Assembly (NCBI GenBank): GCA_937120495.1
Contig: CAKZJW010000085.1
Coordinates: 15,194 to 79,193 of the forward strand
DNA: 64,000 nucleotides
Origin: an uncultured Oligoflexia bacterium
GTDB taxonomy: Bacteria > Bdellovibrionota > Bacteriovoracia > Bacteriovoracales > Bacteriovoracaceae
Direction of reading: 5' to 3'
Part shown: positions 1 through 10,380 of the stretch, piece after piece
Layout: each line of letters begins with the position of its first letter
Numbering within the stretch: the stretch's first letter is position 1
Made by a program: the position numbers and the translations under genes
The notes under the pieces: model-generated
What the model saw: only the letters and a program-made list of their open reading frames with translations
Database searches by the model: none
What the model was told of the DNA's origin: nothing

Positions 1-1765
1 TGCAGCAAGTGGAGCAAAGATTGGGCTTCCTGAGACAAAGCTTGGTATCATGCCCGGTTGGGGAGGGAGTGTTAGGCTTCCAAGAATTTGTGGTGCAGAT
101 CATGCGATAGAATGGATCACAAGTGGTAAGCAATACAAAGTAGAAGATGCTCTAAAAGTTGGAGCCGTTGATGGAGTTGTTGCTCCGGATAAATTAGAAG
201 AGATGGCCCTTTTAACTCTTAATAGAGCAATTAGCGGAGAGCTTGATTGGAAAAAACAAAAAGAAATAAAAAAATCGCCTCTAAGGCTTAATCAAACAGA
301 AGCCGCGATGACTTTTGAAACTGCAAAGGGATTTGTACTAGGTGTTGCTGGAAAAAATTATCCTGCACCTGTAAAAGCAGTTGAAGTTATGCAACAAGCT
401 TGTTCAATGACAAGAGAGGACGCAATAAATGTAGAAGCTGAAGCTTTTGCAATCTTAGCAAAGACACCTCAAGCGGAGAGTTTAGTTTCTGTCTTTTTGG
501 GAGATCAATATCTTAAAAAAGTTTCTAAGAAAATTACAAAAGGAATTGATAAAACTAAAAAAGCAGCCGTTTTAGGAGCTGGAATTATGGGGGGAGGGAT
601 TGCTTATCAATCAGCAAGTAAAGGCACTCCAATTATAATGAAAGATATCAATGATCAAGCTCTTGAGCTTGGAATGGGAGAGGCCGGTAAGTTATTAAAC
701 AAACTTGTGACTCGTAAAAAAATTGATACAGCCAAAATGGCGAAAACAATTTCAATGATAACTCCAACATTAAGTTATGGTGACTTTGAAAGTGTTAATA
801 CTGTTGTAGAGGCCGTAGTTGAGAATATAAAAATTAAAAAAGCTGTTATTGAAGACCTTGAGTCAAAAGTAAGTGAAGATACTGTTATCGCATCTAACAC
901 TTCAACTATTTCAATTACAGAACTTGCAAAAGACTTAAAGCGACCAGAGAATTTTTGTGGGATGCACTTTTTTAATCCTGTTCATAGAATGCCTCTAGTT
1001 GAAATTATTAGAGGTGAAAAATCAAGTGACCAAGCAATTGCTAAGACTGTTCAATACGCACTTCAAATGGGAAAGACTCCAATCGTAGTAAATGACTGTG
1101 CTGGATTCTTAGTGAACAGAGTTTTATTTCCATACTTTAATGGATTTAATCTTCTGATTGAAGACGGTGTTGATTATCAAAGAATTGATAAAGTTATGGA
1201 GAAATTTGGATGGCCTATGGGTCCAGCATATTTAATGGATGTTGTTGGTATCGATACGGGAGATCACGCAGCAAGTATTATTGGTGACGCGTTTCCTGAT
1301 AGAATGAAAATTGATAGAGATACAATTGTTGAGGTTATGCATAAAGAAAAAAGACTTGGACAAAAAAATGGAATCGGTTTTTATAAATACGAACTAGATA
1401 GAAGAGGAAAAGCTAAAAAACTTATTGATGCCGGAACTCAAGCAATCGTTGATAAGGTTGTTAAAAGAAAAGTTGAAGTAACAGATGAGGAAATTGTTGA
1501 AAGAATGATGTTCCCAATGATTTTTGAGTGTGCAAGATGTCTTGAAGAAAACATTGTTGCAAGTGCAACTGAAGTTGATATGGGTCTTCTTTTAGGTCTT
1601 GGTTTCCCTCCTTTTAGAACTGGAGCTTTAAAGTATGCTGATAGCGTTGGACTTTCAAATATAGTTGAAGCGTCTAAAAAGTATATTGAACTTGGGAAGA
1701 TGTATGAGCCAACGGCAGGATTTAATGCTAAGGCAGATGCTTCTGAAACTTACTATCAATTTTAA
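1..1765 (+). CDS. fadB: Fatty-acid oxidation complex alpha subunit (enoyl-CoA hydratase / 3-hydroxyacyl-CoA dehydrogenase), N-terminus cut by the window edge
   Basis: The frame is open from nt 2. It has the crotonase motif GLPETKLGIMPGWGG and the NAD Rossmann motif AAVLGAGIMGGGIAYQSA. A thiolase gene follows 15 nt downstream, giving the fadBA order. Confidence 0.9.
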   Translation, partial: AASGAKIGLPETKLGIMPGWGGSVRLPRICGADHAIEWITSGKQYKVEDALKVGAVDGVVAPDKLEEMALLTLNRAISGELDWKKQKEIKKSPLRLNQTEAAMTFETAKGFVLGVAGKNYPAPVKAVEVMQQACSMTREDAINVEAEAFAILAKTPQAESLVSVFLGDQYLKKVSKKITKGIDKTKKAAVLGAGIMGGGIAYQSASKGTPIIMKDINDQALELGMGEAGKLLNKLVTRKKIDTAKMAKTISMITPTLSYGDFESVNTVVEAVVENIKIKKAVIEDLESKVSEDTVIASNTSTISITELAKDLKRPENFCGMHFFNPVHRMPLVEIIRGEKSSDQAIAKTVQYALQMGKTPIVVNDCAGFLVNRVLFPYFNGFNLLIEDGVDYQRIDKVMEKFGWPMGPAYLMDVVGIDTGDHAASIIGDAFPDRMKIDRDTIVEVMHKEKRLGQKNGIGFYKYELDRRGKAKKLIDAGTQAIVDKVVKRKVEVTDEEIVERMMFPMIFECARCLEENIVASATEVDMGLLLGLGFPPFRTGALKYADSVGLSNIVEASKKYIELGKMYEPTAGFNAKADASETYYQF

Positions 1766-2944
<1,179 letters not shown>

Positions 2945-2951
2945 ATAGCGT

Positions 2952-2973
2952 TTTTATTAAGGTTTTATTAAGG
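2952..2973. repeat. Perfect tandem direct repeat, 2 x 11 bp (TTTTATTAAGG), about 90 nt upstream of the response-regulator gene. Candidate OmpR/PhoB-type binding site.
   Basis: Read directly: copies at 2952-2962 and 2963-2973 are identical. The regulatory role is inference only. Confidence 0.6.
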
Positions 2974-3064
2974 TAGAAAGTGATTTCTTTTATATAAAAT
3001 ACTTTGAGTCTTTAAACTATTGAATTAGAATATTAAAGATTAAATATTTTCTTTAGGTAGTGAA

Positions 3065-3712
3065 ATGAAAAAAATTTGTGTAGTTGAAGACAACGAAGAT
3101 ATTCTAAACGATATCACTTTTATCTTATCCTCTCATGATTATAAGGTTGTTCCGATAAAGTCATACAGTGCTTTTATTAGTTCTAATGAACTCGTGGATA
3201 TCGATTTTTATCTACTTGATTGGGATCTAAGTGAGGATGGAAATGGCCTTGATATTGTTTCTAAGATTAGGGAAACAGATAAAGAGGTACCAATCTTCAT
3301 GGTAACGGCAAATACAATGATTAATGATGTTGTTACAGCTCTTAAAAAAGGAGCTAATGACTATATTAGAAAGCCATTTAGTTTTGAAGAACTACTGATT
3401 AAAATAGAAAAATTCTTTATAAATAAAACTAATAAAATTGATAGCCTTGAGCTTCTTCCGTCGTCTTTTGCTCTAAAGTATATGGATGCACTTATTGTAT
3501 TAACGGCAAGAGAGTATTTGATTTTTGAAACTTTGTTCAAGAGCAAGGGAAAGGTTTTCTCTAGAGATGATCTAGTTTCTGTTTTTGCTGATGATTCGGC
3601 AGTCCAAAATAGAAATATTGATGTTCATGTTTTTTCTCTTCGAAAAAAGATTAGCAATGTACCAATGGAAATTAAAGCTATTCGTTCTGTTGGCTATGTC
3701 TTAGAAGGATAA
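3065..3712 (+). CDS. OmpR/PhoB-family response regulator (receiver plus winged-helix domain)
   Basis: The receiver has the acidic pocket VVEDNED, the phospho-acceptor context YLLDWDL, and T in FMVTAN and K in IRKPF. The C-terminal winged helix has LTAREYLIFETL ... VHVFSLRKKI ... IRSVGYVLE. Confidence 0.88.
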   Translation: MKKICVVEDNEDILNDITFILSSHDYKVVPIKSYSAFISSNELVDIDFYLLDWDLSEDGNGLDIVSKIRETDKEVPIFMVTANTMINDVVTALKKGANDYIRKPFSFEELLIKIEKFFINKTNKIDSLELLPSSFALKYMDALIVLTAREYLIFETLFKSKGKVFSRDDLVSVFADDSAVQNRNIDVHVFSLRKKISNVPMEIKAIRSVGYVLEG

Positions 3713-3734
3713 TTAGCGAATAGAAAAGGTTAAT

Positions 3735-5186
3735 ATGAAAGTTATGGACACACTGGAAATACTTCTTGTTATTTATAGCTGTGCCGTACTTATAAACTTT
3801 ATTGCAAATTTTATAATGTGGAGAGCCTACAAAAAAGATTTGTACAAAATTTCTTGTATTCTTTGGGGAGCTGCTCTTTTTCACTTTATCACTCAAGGAC
3901 TTTTTCAAAAGATGTCATTTTTAAGTGCTATAACGCTGGTGACATCTTATCCAGTTTCGATCAGCTTGAGAAAAATGTTAGAACAAAGTTTTTTAGAAAA
4001 GAAGTTTGATTACAAGAAAAATCATATTGTAATGGTTCTTGGGACATTACTTACAGCTCTTTTATTTTTATTGAACCAGCCGTTTGAAGTATATGCTTAT
4101 CCTGTTGTTATAGGAGTCGTGTACCCTGCTCTCTTAACAGCATATGAAGTTTTCACTTCAAAAGAAAGATTGAACCTATCAAGTAAGTTCTTATCAATCT
4201 TTTTGGTTTTACACTCCATTCATATATTAGATTATCCTCTACTTCGATTTTCTGATTTTGCCATTTTGGGCTTTAGTATAGCATTAATTTTATTATTTGG
4301 ACTATCTGTCGTATTGCCCTCTTATGTTATTGCCATTAACTCTCAAAACAATTCTTTAGAGTTAAAAGGTGAGTTTGAAAATAAGGATAAAGAATTAGCA
4401 GAGACAAAAGACTACTTTAATATATTGGATAAAAGTGTTTTAACTCAGCTTCAGCTATATCAAGAAAGGTTTGATGAGAACTCAGCGCTTCTTTCAACTC
4501 TTTCTCACGATCTAGGCGGAGCTCTTCAAATAATCTTATTAAATAATTATAGACTCGATAAAGAATTAGAAAAGGTAAAAGACACCTACCCGGAGCTATT
4601 AGTCTTTAATCAAAAGAATAAGGATGCAACGGGACGAATCATAACAATGCTTGATTCAATTAGAAAAATACAAAAGAACATTTTAAAAGGTGCAGATGTA
4701 AATGAAATCATTTTTAATTCATCTGATTTATTTTCTTCTGTGAGTGATAATTGCTTAGATGAGGCAGAAAAAAAGGAAATCAAATTCTCTTTTGATTCAG
4801 ACTGTAGTGAACTCGTAACCTTTGGTGATTCTGAAATCTTATTTAAAAATGTTATCGCAAATTTAGTTCGAAATGCAATTAAATTTAGTCATAGAGGATC
4901 TGAAGTTTCAATTAATATTAAATCAACAGATGAGATTTATTATATTATTGAGATTACTGATAGTGGAGTAGGGATAAGTAGTCACGATATTGAAAATATA
5001 TTTGATCTAGAAAAATCAAAAAGGTTACTAGGAACTGAAGGTGAAAAGGGATCCGGTGTTAACTTATCTATAGCCAAAAAATTTATGAGTCTATATAGCG
5101 GAACAGTTAAGGTTCATTCAGAACTTGAAGTTGGATCAACTTTTTCAGTCTATCTTAAAAAGTATGTTAGCTATCCAGAGGCTTAA
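3735..5186 (+). CDS. Membrane sensor histidine kinase (multi-TM N-terminus, HisKA, HATPase_c)
   Basis: About 6 hydrophobic helices are followed by a coiled coil. It has the H-box LSTLSHDLGGAL, N-box NLVRNAIKFS, G1 ITDSGVGI and G2 GEKGSGVNLSI. Confidence 0.88.
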   Translation: MKVMDTLEILLVIYSCAVLINFIANFIMWRAYKKDLYKISCILWGAALFHFITQGLFQKMSFLSAITLVTSYPVSISLRKMLEQSFLEKKFDYKKNHIVMVLGTLLTALLFLLNQPFEVYAYPVVIGVVYPALLTAYEVFTSKERLNLSSKFLSIFLVLHSIHILDYPLLRFSDFAILGFSIALILLFGLSVVLPSYVIAINSQNNSLELKGEFENKDKELAETKDYFNILDKSVLTQLQLYQERFDENSALLSTLSHDLGGALQIILLNNYRLDKELEKVKDTYPELLVFNQKNKDATGRIITMLDSIRKIQKNILKGADVNEIIFNSSDLFSSVSDNCLDEAEKKEIKFSFDSDCSELVTFGDSEILFKNVIANLVRNAIKFSHRGSEVSINIKSTDEIYYIIEITDSGVGISSHDIENIFDLEKSKRLLGTEGEKGSGVNLSIAKKFMSLYSGTVKVHSELEVGSTFSVYLKKYVSYPEA

Positions 5187-6319
5187 AGTTCTCTTAAAAG
5201 ATTTTTAGCAATAATCATAATCATAACTTCGTTTGTACCAGCACCAATTTCATTGAGCTTATTATCTCTCATAAGTCTTTCAAGAGGGAACTCTCTAGAG
5301 TAGCCATAACCACCATGAAGTTGAATTGCATCTAATGCAATTTTTGTGGCCATCTTAGGAAGTTGAAGTTTAACCATTGATGCTCGAGTATTTGAAACTT
5401 TTCCTTCATCCCAAAGTTTACAAGAGTCATAAAGAAAAGTTCTCATCATTTCTGTTTCTGATGCCATCTCAGCAATCATTTTTTGGATAAGTTGGAAGTT
5501 ACCAATTGTTTTTCCAAACTGCTCTCTTTCGTTTGCATATTTTAAACATTGATCAACGCACGCTTGGGCTATACCAAGTGAGATTCCTGAGATTGTAAGT
5601 CTTTCTATTTCTAGGTTTCTCATCATGTGATAAACAGAGTCACCTTCTTCTCCAACTCTATTTTCTTTTGGAACTTTTGCATTTTCAAAAGCAAGCTCTC
5701 CGGTAGGACTTCCACGCATACCCATTTTATGTATTTCTTTAGATACTGAAAAACCTTCAGTTCCCTTTTCTACGATAAAACTTGTAAGGTCTTTCTTACC
5801 TGCACCAGTTCTTGTATATAGGTAGACAACATCTGCAAATTGAGCATTTGTAATCCACATTTTATTTCCATTAATCGTATAGAAGTCACCATCTTGTTTT
5901 GCTTTACACTGCATACCTACAGCATCAGAACCAAAACCAGGCTCACTCATTCCCATAGCACCAATATGTTCTCCAGTGATTAGCTTGGGAAGGTACTTAG
6001 CTTGTTGCTCTTCCGAACAATTTGTTGCGATATTATTTACACATAACATTGAGTGGGCAAGATAAGATAAAGTTAAGCCCGGACAAGCTTTTCCAAACTC
6101 CTCCATAACAATTGTTGCTGCAGTAGCACCAAGGCCTGCTCCACCGTATTTAGGATCCGCTGTAATGCCAAGAAGTCCTAATTCACCCATCTTTTTAAAA
6201 GCTTCTATATTGAATGTTTCATCGGTATCGTGTTTTTCGGCGTAAGGAGCGATCTCTCTTTGGGCGAAATCACGACAAACTTCCTGTAATTGTTTTTCTT
6301 CTTCTGAGAAATACCACAT
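5183..6319 (-). CDS. Acyl-CoA dehydrogenase (isovaleryl/short-branched-chain type)
   Basis: The ACAD family pattern is present: GMSEPGFGSDA, NGNKMWITN, and the C-terminal LHGGYGYSREFPLERLMRDNKLNEIGAGTNEV. Confidence 0.88.
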   Translation of the reverse strand: MWYFSEEEKQLQEVCRDFAQREIAPYAEKHDTDETFNIEAFKKMGELGLLGITADPKYGGAGLGATAATIVMEEFGKACPGLTLSYLAHSMLCVNNIATNCSEEQQAKYLPKLITGEHIGAMGMSEPGFGSDAVGMQCKAKQDGDFYTINGNKMWITNAQFADVVYLYTRTGAGKKDLTSFIVEKGTEGFSVSKEIHKMGMRGSPTGELAFENAKVPKENRVGEEGDSVYHMMRNLEIERLTISGISLGIAQACVDQCLKYANEREQFGKTIGNFQLIQKMIAEMASETEMMRTFLYDSCKLWDEGKVSNTRASMVKLQLPKMATKIALDAIQLHGGYGYSREFPLERLMRDNKLNEIGAGTNEVMIMIIAKNLLREL

Positions 6320-6631
6320 AAATTCAATCCTTTTAGCTGTTAAAACAGCATCATTATAAGCGTTTAGAGTCGAAATTTATATAAATATTTCAAGCTTTCG
6401 ACTTTTGTTAAAGAAGATTTCATATTTCTAGAAAGCCGCTACGCGACATATGGTAGTTCAAGTGAAGCGCTAGCTAGAGAGACACTAAATATGATAAAAA
6501 ACAATATTTCTGTAATCGATAAATCTCAGTTTAGAGTTGTAAAAGAAATCATAAAGCGAAAATAAGGGCTTTAGCTGTACATATTAAATCTTTGTCCTTA
6601 AAATTTAATTTCAAGGACATGGAGTGTTTAT

Positions 6632-8353
6632 TTGCAGCTAACTACGCCAGAATTAAAAAAATATGACTCGGTGTTCCCCGGGGAGAATTGGTTTTTCTAT
6701 TGGAAGACATCTCCATCTCTATGGGAATCAAAAATTCAGTCTTATAATGATGTTTCTCCAATATTTGTCCCCGTTTACTGGGGTCTTCATAATGAGAACC
6801 CTGAGCAGTTTGACTTTGGTACTAATAGACCAGAAACAGACCTTAAAAGAATTCTAGATATCGCCCAAAATTGTAGAAAGGAAATAGTCTTAATTCTTCC
6901 ACTTGGACCTAGTCCATTTTTTACAAGCGGTGGACTTCCAAGTTTCTTGGCACAATCATTAGCACACGATAGTACAGGAAAAGTTTTAGCTGTTGTAGAT
7001 AATGAAAAGAGAATTAATAAACTCTTCTCTTATTATGATCCAAGAGTTTTTCAAGCTTTTCGAAAATTTACGTGGCACTTAGGTCAGTTTCTTTCTCAAA
7101 ATGGTTTTAATAAAGAACTATTTGGTGCTGATTTTGGTTATCTTGAAAATAATGACTTTAAATCTTATTTTGAAGATTACTCAGGGGCATTTTTAAAAGG
7201 CTTTCATAGATATCTTGCCCAACTAGAGAAATCGGAACCACAAAAAATAGAGAATTTAATTTCTACTCCTGCATATGAAAATGTTCTAAAGAATGATTAT
7301 GCAAAGCTTATAAAGTCACTTTATATTGATTCCGCTAAGGAGACTATTGCGGCAAATTGGTCTGGAGCATTGAGGTTTTGTTGCCTTGGTGGAAAGCCAA
7401 ACGATATTTTTAGTCGCTCTCATGAGAAGTGGGAAGTCCAGGGTCATTATATAAGAACTCTTTTTGAAATTCTCGTAAATGGACTACTACCTTCTTCTTT
7501 TCTTTTACCAGAATCAGTTCGAACAAATGTTCTGCAAAAAGCATTAAAGGATGTTGTCTCACAATCTTTAGTTCAAGCGCATTTAAACAATGAACTTTAT
7601 GATGAAGAATTACATACAAGTTTTCAGCCTCAAGTATTTTTCAAGGTCTTTTCAAAAAACTCTACGATGGAAGAGGTTAGTCTTAAGTATTTCTTTGATA
7701 GGGAGTATCAGTGGATGTATAGAATCTTTTCTCAAGATTTTCACTACGAACAAGACTATGAAGACATTGAAAAGGTTCACTTTTTCTTTGGAGAGAAATT
7801 AGAACTTACCGAATTTAACCAAATTCTTAAACTGTTTTTAAATGGTGGACGAGTATTTTTAGATAAGCATAAGCTTAGTCCTGAACTCTCTAAGAGATTA
7901 AATTTATTTCTAACTGAAAATAGTATTGAAACCGAAAGCATAAATTATTTAACACCTTTATTAAAAGCAAGTTTAGGTGATGGGTTACTTATTGCTTATG
8001 ATAGTGAAAAACTAAAAGAGCAATCATTAGTTAAACGAGTTGGCTTTTGGGAAACAATGACAAAGTTTTTAAAACTAAATACTTGTGCGCTAGATATTGA
8101 TGAAGGAATCATGTATATCTGGAAAAATAGATGTTCAAATACTTATGAGCTTAATTATGAAGAGATAAGACGAATCAGTTTCTACAACCCAACATCATAT
8201 AAAAAGAAAGCAACAATTAGATCCTCACAAAACTATGCTTATTTAAAAACTTTAGATGAGGTTAGTGTTGAGGTGAGGTCTACTCCAGTTGGTATTGATA
8301 TTGACTTGATGCCTGGAGCTTCGGTCTCAATTGATTTTGGATACTTTGAATAG
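6632..8353 (+). CDS. Cytoplasmic hypothetical protein whose N-terminal third resembles a GH35/GH42-type (clan GH-A) TIM-barrel glycosidase
   Basis: It has a TTG start with GGAG 8 nt upstream and no signal peptide. VPVYWGLHNENPEQFDFG...DLKRILDIAQNCRKEIVLILPLGPSPFFTSGGLPSFL parallels the GH35 block VPWNFHEPxPGQYxF...ILRPGPYICAEWxxGGLPAWL, recalled from memory. Confidence 0.4.
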   Translation: MQLTTPELKKYDSVFPGENWFFYWKTSPSLWESKIQSYNDVSPIFVPVYWGLHNENPEQFDFGTNRPETDLKRILDIAQNCRKEIVLILPLGPSPFFTSGGLPSFLAQSLAHDSTGKVLAVVDNEKRINKLFSYYDPRVFQAFRKFTWHLGQFLSQNGFNKELFGADFGYLENNDFKSYFEDYSGAFLKGFHRYLAQLEKSEPQKIENLISTPAYENVLKNDYAKLIKSLYIDSAKETIAANWSGALRFCCLGGKPNDIFSRSHEKWEVQGHYIRTLFEILVNGLLPSSFLLPESVRTNVLQKALKDVVSQSLVQAHLNNELYDEELHTSFQPQVFFKVFSKNSTMEEVSLKYFFDREYQWMYRIFSQDFHYEQDYEDIEKVHFFFGEKLELTEFNQILKLFLNGGRVFLDKHKLSPELSKRLNLFLTENSIETESINYLTPLLKASLGDGLLIAYDSEKLKEQSLVKRVGFWETMTKFLKLNTCALDIDEGIMYIWKNRCSNTYELNYEEIRRISFYNPTSYKKKATIRSSQNYAYLKTLDEVSVEVRSTPVGIDIDLMPGASVSIDFGYFE

Positions 8354-8363
8354 GGGTTATGAA

Positions 8364-8744
8364 ATGAATAAAGATATTAATGTTTTATATCAATTTACAG
8401 ATAGCCCTGAGGGATCAAACTATAAAGTTTTACAACTTTTTAGTGACGAAGGTCCATTGCCCGAAAAGCTAATCAACTCAGTTCTTCGAAGCTTTGATGA
8501 GAAGACTGGCGGTGATATTCAATTCACTTCAATAGAGCAGTTAGGTCGTTTTTGTATTGAGCTTCTCAAGGAATCCTCTGGCGCAGAGGCTTTTTTACTC
8601 TCAGTGCAAGACTATAATATAGGGTTAGAATCGTGTAATAATACGGAGTCTTTTAAAGAGCTATTTCGCCGCTATGGGACGAGTATTCAAAATCCAGACT
8701 CAAATATTAAGAAAAACTCACTACTTAGCAAGATTTTCAATTAG
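8364..8744 (+). CDS. Hypothetical protein (126 aa), likely co-transcribed with the upstream gene
   Basis: The ATG at 8364 is preceded by AGGGG. The ORF-track start at 8331 overlaps the upstream CDS and has no RBS. No recognisable motif. Confidence 0.5.
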   Translation: MNKDINVLYQFTDSPEGSNYKVLQLFSDEGPLPEKLINSVLRSFDEKTGGDIQFTSIEQLGRFCIELLKESSGAEAFLLSVQDYNIGLESCNNTESFKELFRRYGTSIQNPDSNIKKNSLLSKIFN

Positions 8745-8809
8745 TAATATTTTCAACTAGATAGATTATACTCTTGACCGGCTCTAACTCAGAGCGTATA
8801 AGCCTCTTT

Positions 8810-9928
8810 ATGGAAACAAAACCACTAAATATCTTTGATTTTACTCAAGAGTCGCTTGCTGATTTTCTCGTTGAAAAGGGCTTTTCGAAGTTTTCTGCTT
8901 CTCAGATCTTTGATTGGCTTTATAAGAAGAAAGAAGTTGATCCACAGAACTGGTCAAACGTTTCTAAAAAGTGTCGAGAGTACTTAGTTGAAAATGTTGA
9001 CTTCTATCTTCCTAAAGTTATTTGGAATGCAAAAAGTAAAGACGGGACAAGAAAATTTCTTGTTCAGATGAATGATGGCCAAACGGTTGAGAGTGTTTTA
9101 ATTCCTGCAAAAAATAGACTTACACAATGTATCTCATCGCAAGTTGGGTGCGCCATAGGTTGTACTTTTTGCCATACAGGAACTCAGGGCTTTAAAAGAC
9201 ACCTAACAACTGGTGAAGTTACAGGTCAGTTTTTAACTTTAAGTATTTGGCTACGTGAGAATGTTCATGTTGATGAAAGAATTACAAATATCGTTTATAT
9301 GGGGCAGGGCGAGCCTCTACATAATTATGAAAATGTAAAAAAAGCAACTCAAAACTTTTTAAATGATAAAGGTTTTGGATTAGGTCAAAGAAGAATTACA
9401 TTATCTACTTCAGGGCTTGTTCCGAAGATAAAGATGCTTCATGATTTCCCTCCAGTGAATATTGCAATATCACTTCACTCTGCTGTGGATGATACAAGAA
9501 CTGAGCTTATGCCAATTAATAAAGTTTATGATCTTAAAAGATTATTTGAAGCGATAAAAGAGATTCCACTAAAAGCGCATAGAAGAATCACTTATGAATA
9601 TTTATTGATCGATGGCTTGAATGATCAACCAAAAGACATTGATGCCTTGGCAAAACTTTTGGAACAAAAAGAATCAAAGATTAATTTAATTCCTTTTAAT
9701 GAATACCCTGGATCTAACTATAAAAAGCCGAGCGTAAAAAGAACGTTGTGGTTTATGGATCAGATGTGTAAAAAAGGATTTACATGTACCATAAGGGCTA
9801 CAAAGGGTGACGATATACTTGCAGCCTGTGGTCAACTTAAAACAGAATATGAAAAACTAAATACCTGGGATAACCAAGTAGAAATAGTTCCTGTTGATAA
9901 AAAAGTTCAGGAAATTGCTAGTCTTTAG
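8810..9928 (+). CDS. rlmN: 23S rRNA/tRNA adenine-C2 methyltransferase (radical SAM)
   Basis: It has the radical-SAM cluster GCAIGCTFCHTG, then MGQGEPL, and ACGQL near the C-terminus. The N-terminus FSKFSASQIFDWLYKK aligns with RlmN from the ATG at 8810. Confidence 0.9.
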   Translation: METKPLNIFDFTQESLADFLVEKGFSKFSASQIFDWLYKKKEVDPQNWSNVSKKCREYLVENVDFYLPKVIWNAKSKDGTRKFLVQMNDGQTVESVLIPAKNRLTQCISSQVGCAIGCTFCHTGTQGFKRHLTTGEVTGQFLTLSIWLRENVHVDERITNIVYMGQGEPLHNYENVKKATQNFLNDKGFGLGQRRITLSTSGLVPKIKMLHDFPPVNIAISLHSAVDDTRTELMPINKVYDLKRLFEAIKEIPLKAHRRITYEYLLIDGLNDQPKDIDALAKLLEQKESKINLIPFNEYPGSNYKKPSVKRTLWFMDQMCKKGFTCTIRATKGDDILAACGQLKTEYEKLNTWDNQVEIVPVDKKVQEIASL

Positions 9929-10199
9929 AATCGAATGAATCGTATTTCCAAAAACGTACGCCACGCTCATTAGTTTTATCAAAAACTTCTTCATCACTAG
10001 CAACGTCTCTTTTGCTTTGCTCTGAATCTTGAGCAGATACCTTCTGATCCTCATCTTCACTTGCAACAACACGTTTTGTCTGTGAGTATTCAGTTTCAAA
10101 TTTAAATTCTAGGTCCCCATCAATACTAGCGTTTACTGTTTTAGCAAAACTAACTTTAGACATGATACATAGAGTTAAAATAAGTATTAAATTCTTCAT
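9918..10199 (-). CDS. Small exported acidic protein (signal peptide plus D/E/S-rich tail)
   Basis: MKNLILILTLCIMSKVSFA is followed by the repeated VASEDED / VASDEE. It overlaps the rlmN 3' end convergently by 11 nt. No family recognised. Confidence 0.45.
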   Translation of the reverse strand: MKNLILILTLCIMSKVSFAKTVNASIDGDLEFKFETEYSQTKRVVASEDEDQKVSAQDSEQSKRDVASDEEVFDKTNERGVRFWKYDSFDSKD

Positions 10200-10380
10200 A
10201 GGCTCTCCCAAGCATTGTTTACACAACTACTTTATCGGTTTATTTGAGGTGAGCTTTAGCTATTAAGTTGGGAATAAACATAGGAGAGTAACCAACTCTG
10301 GTACTGAGATTAAAAGCTTCTAAAAACTTGCTAAGTTGTTTATACTATTAGGAATTTATAAGTTTGCTAAGGAGAGTTAA

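Noticed and set aside
6491-6565. A 24-codon mini-ORF (MIKNNISVIDKSQFRVVKEIIKRK) in the long intergenic region.
   Set aside because: It has no convincing RBS and is too short to judge. It could arise by chance in AT-rich sequence.
6947-6963. A TGGCAC...TTAGCA sigma-54-like string.
   Set aside because: It lies inside a coding region. The -12 element is off by one register (GC is shifted), so it is not a credible promoter.
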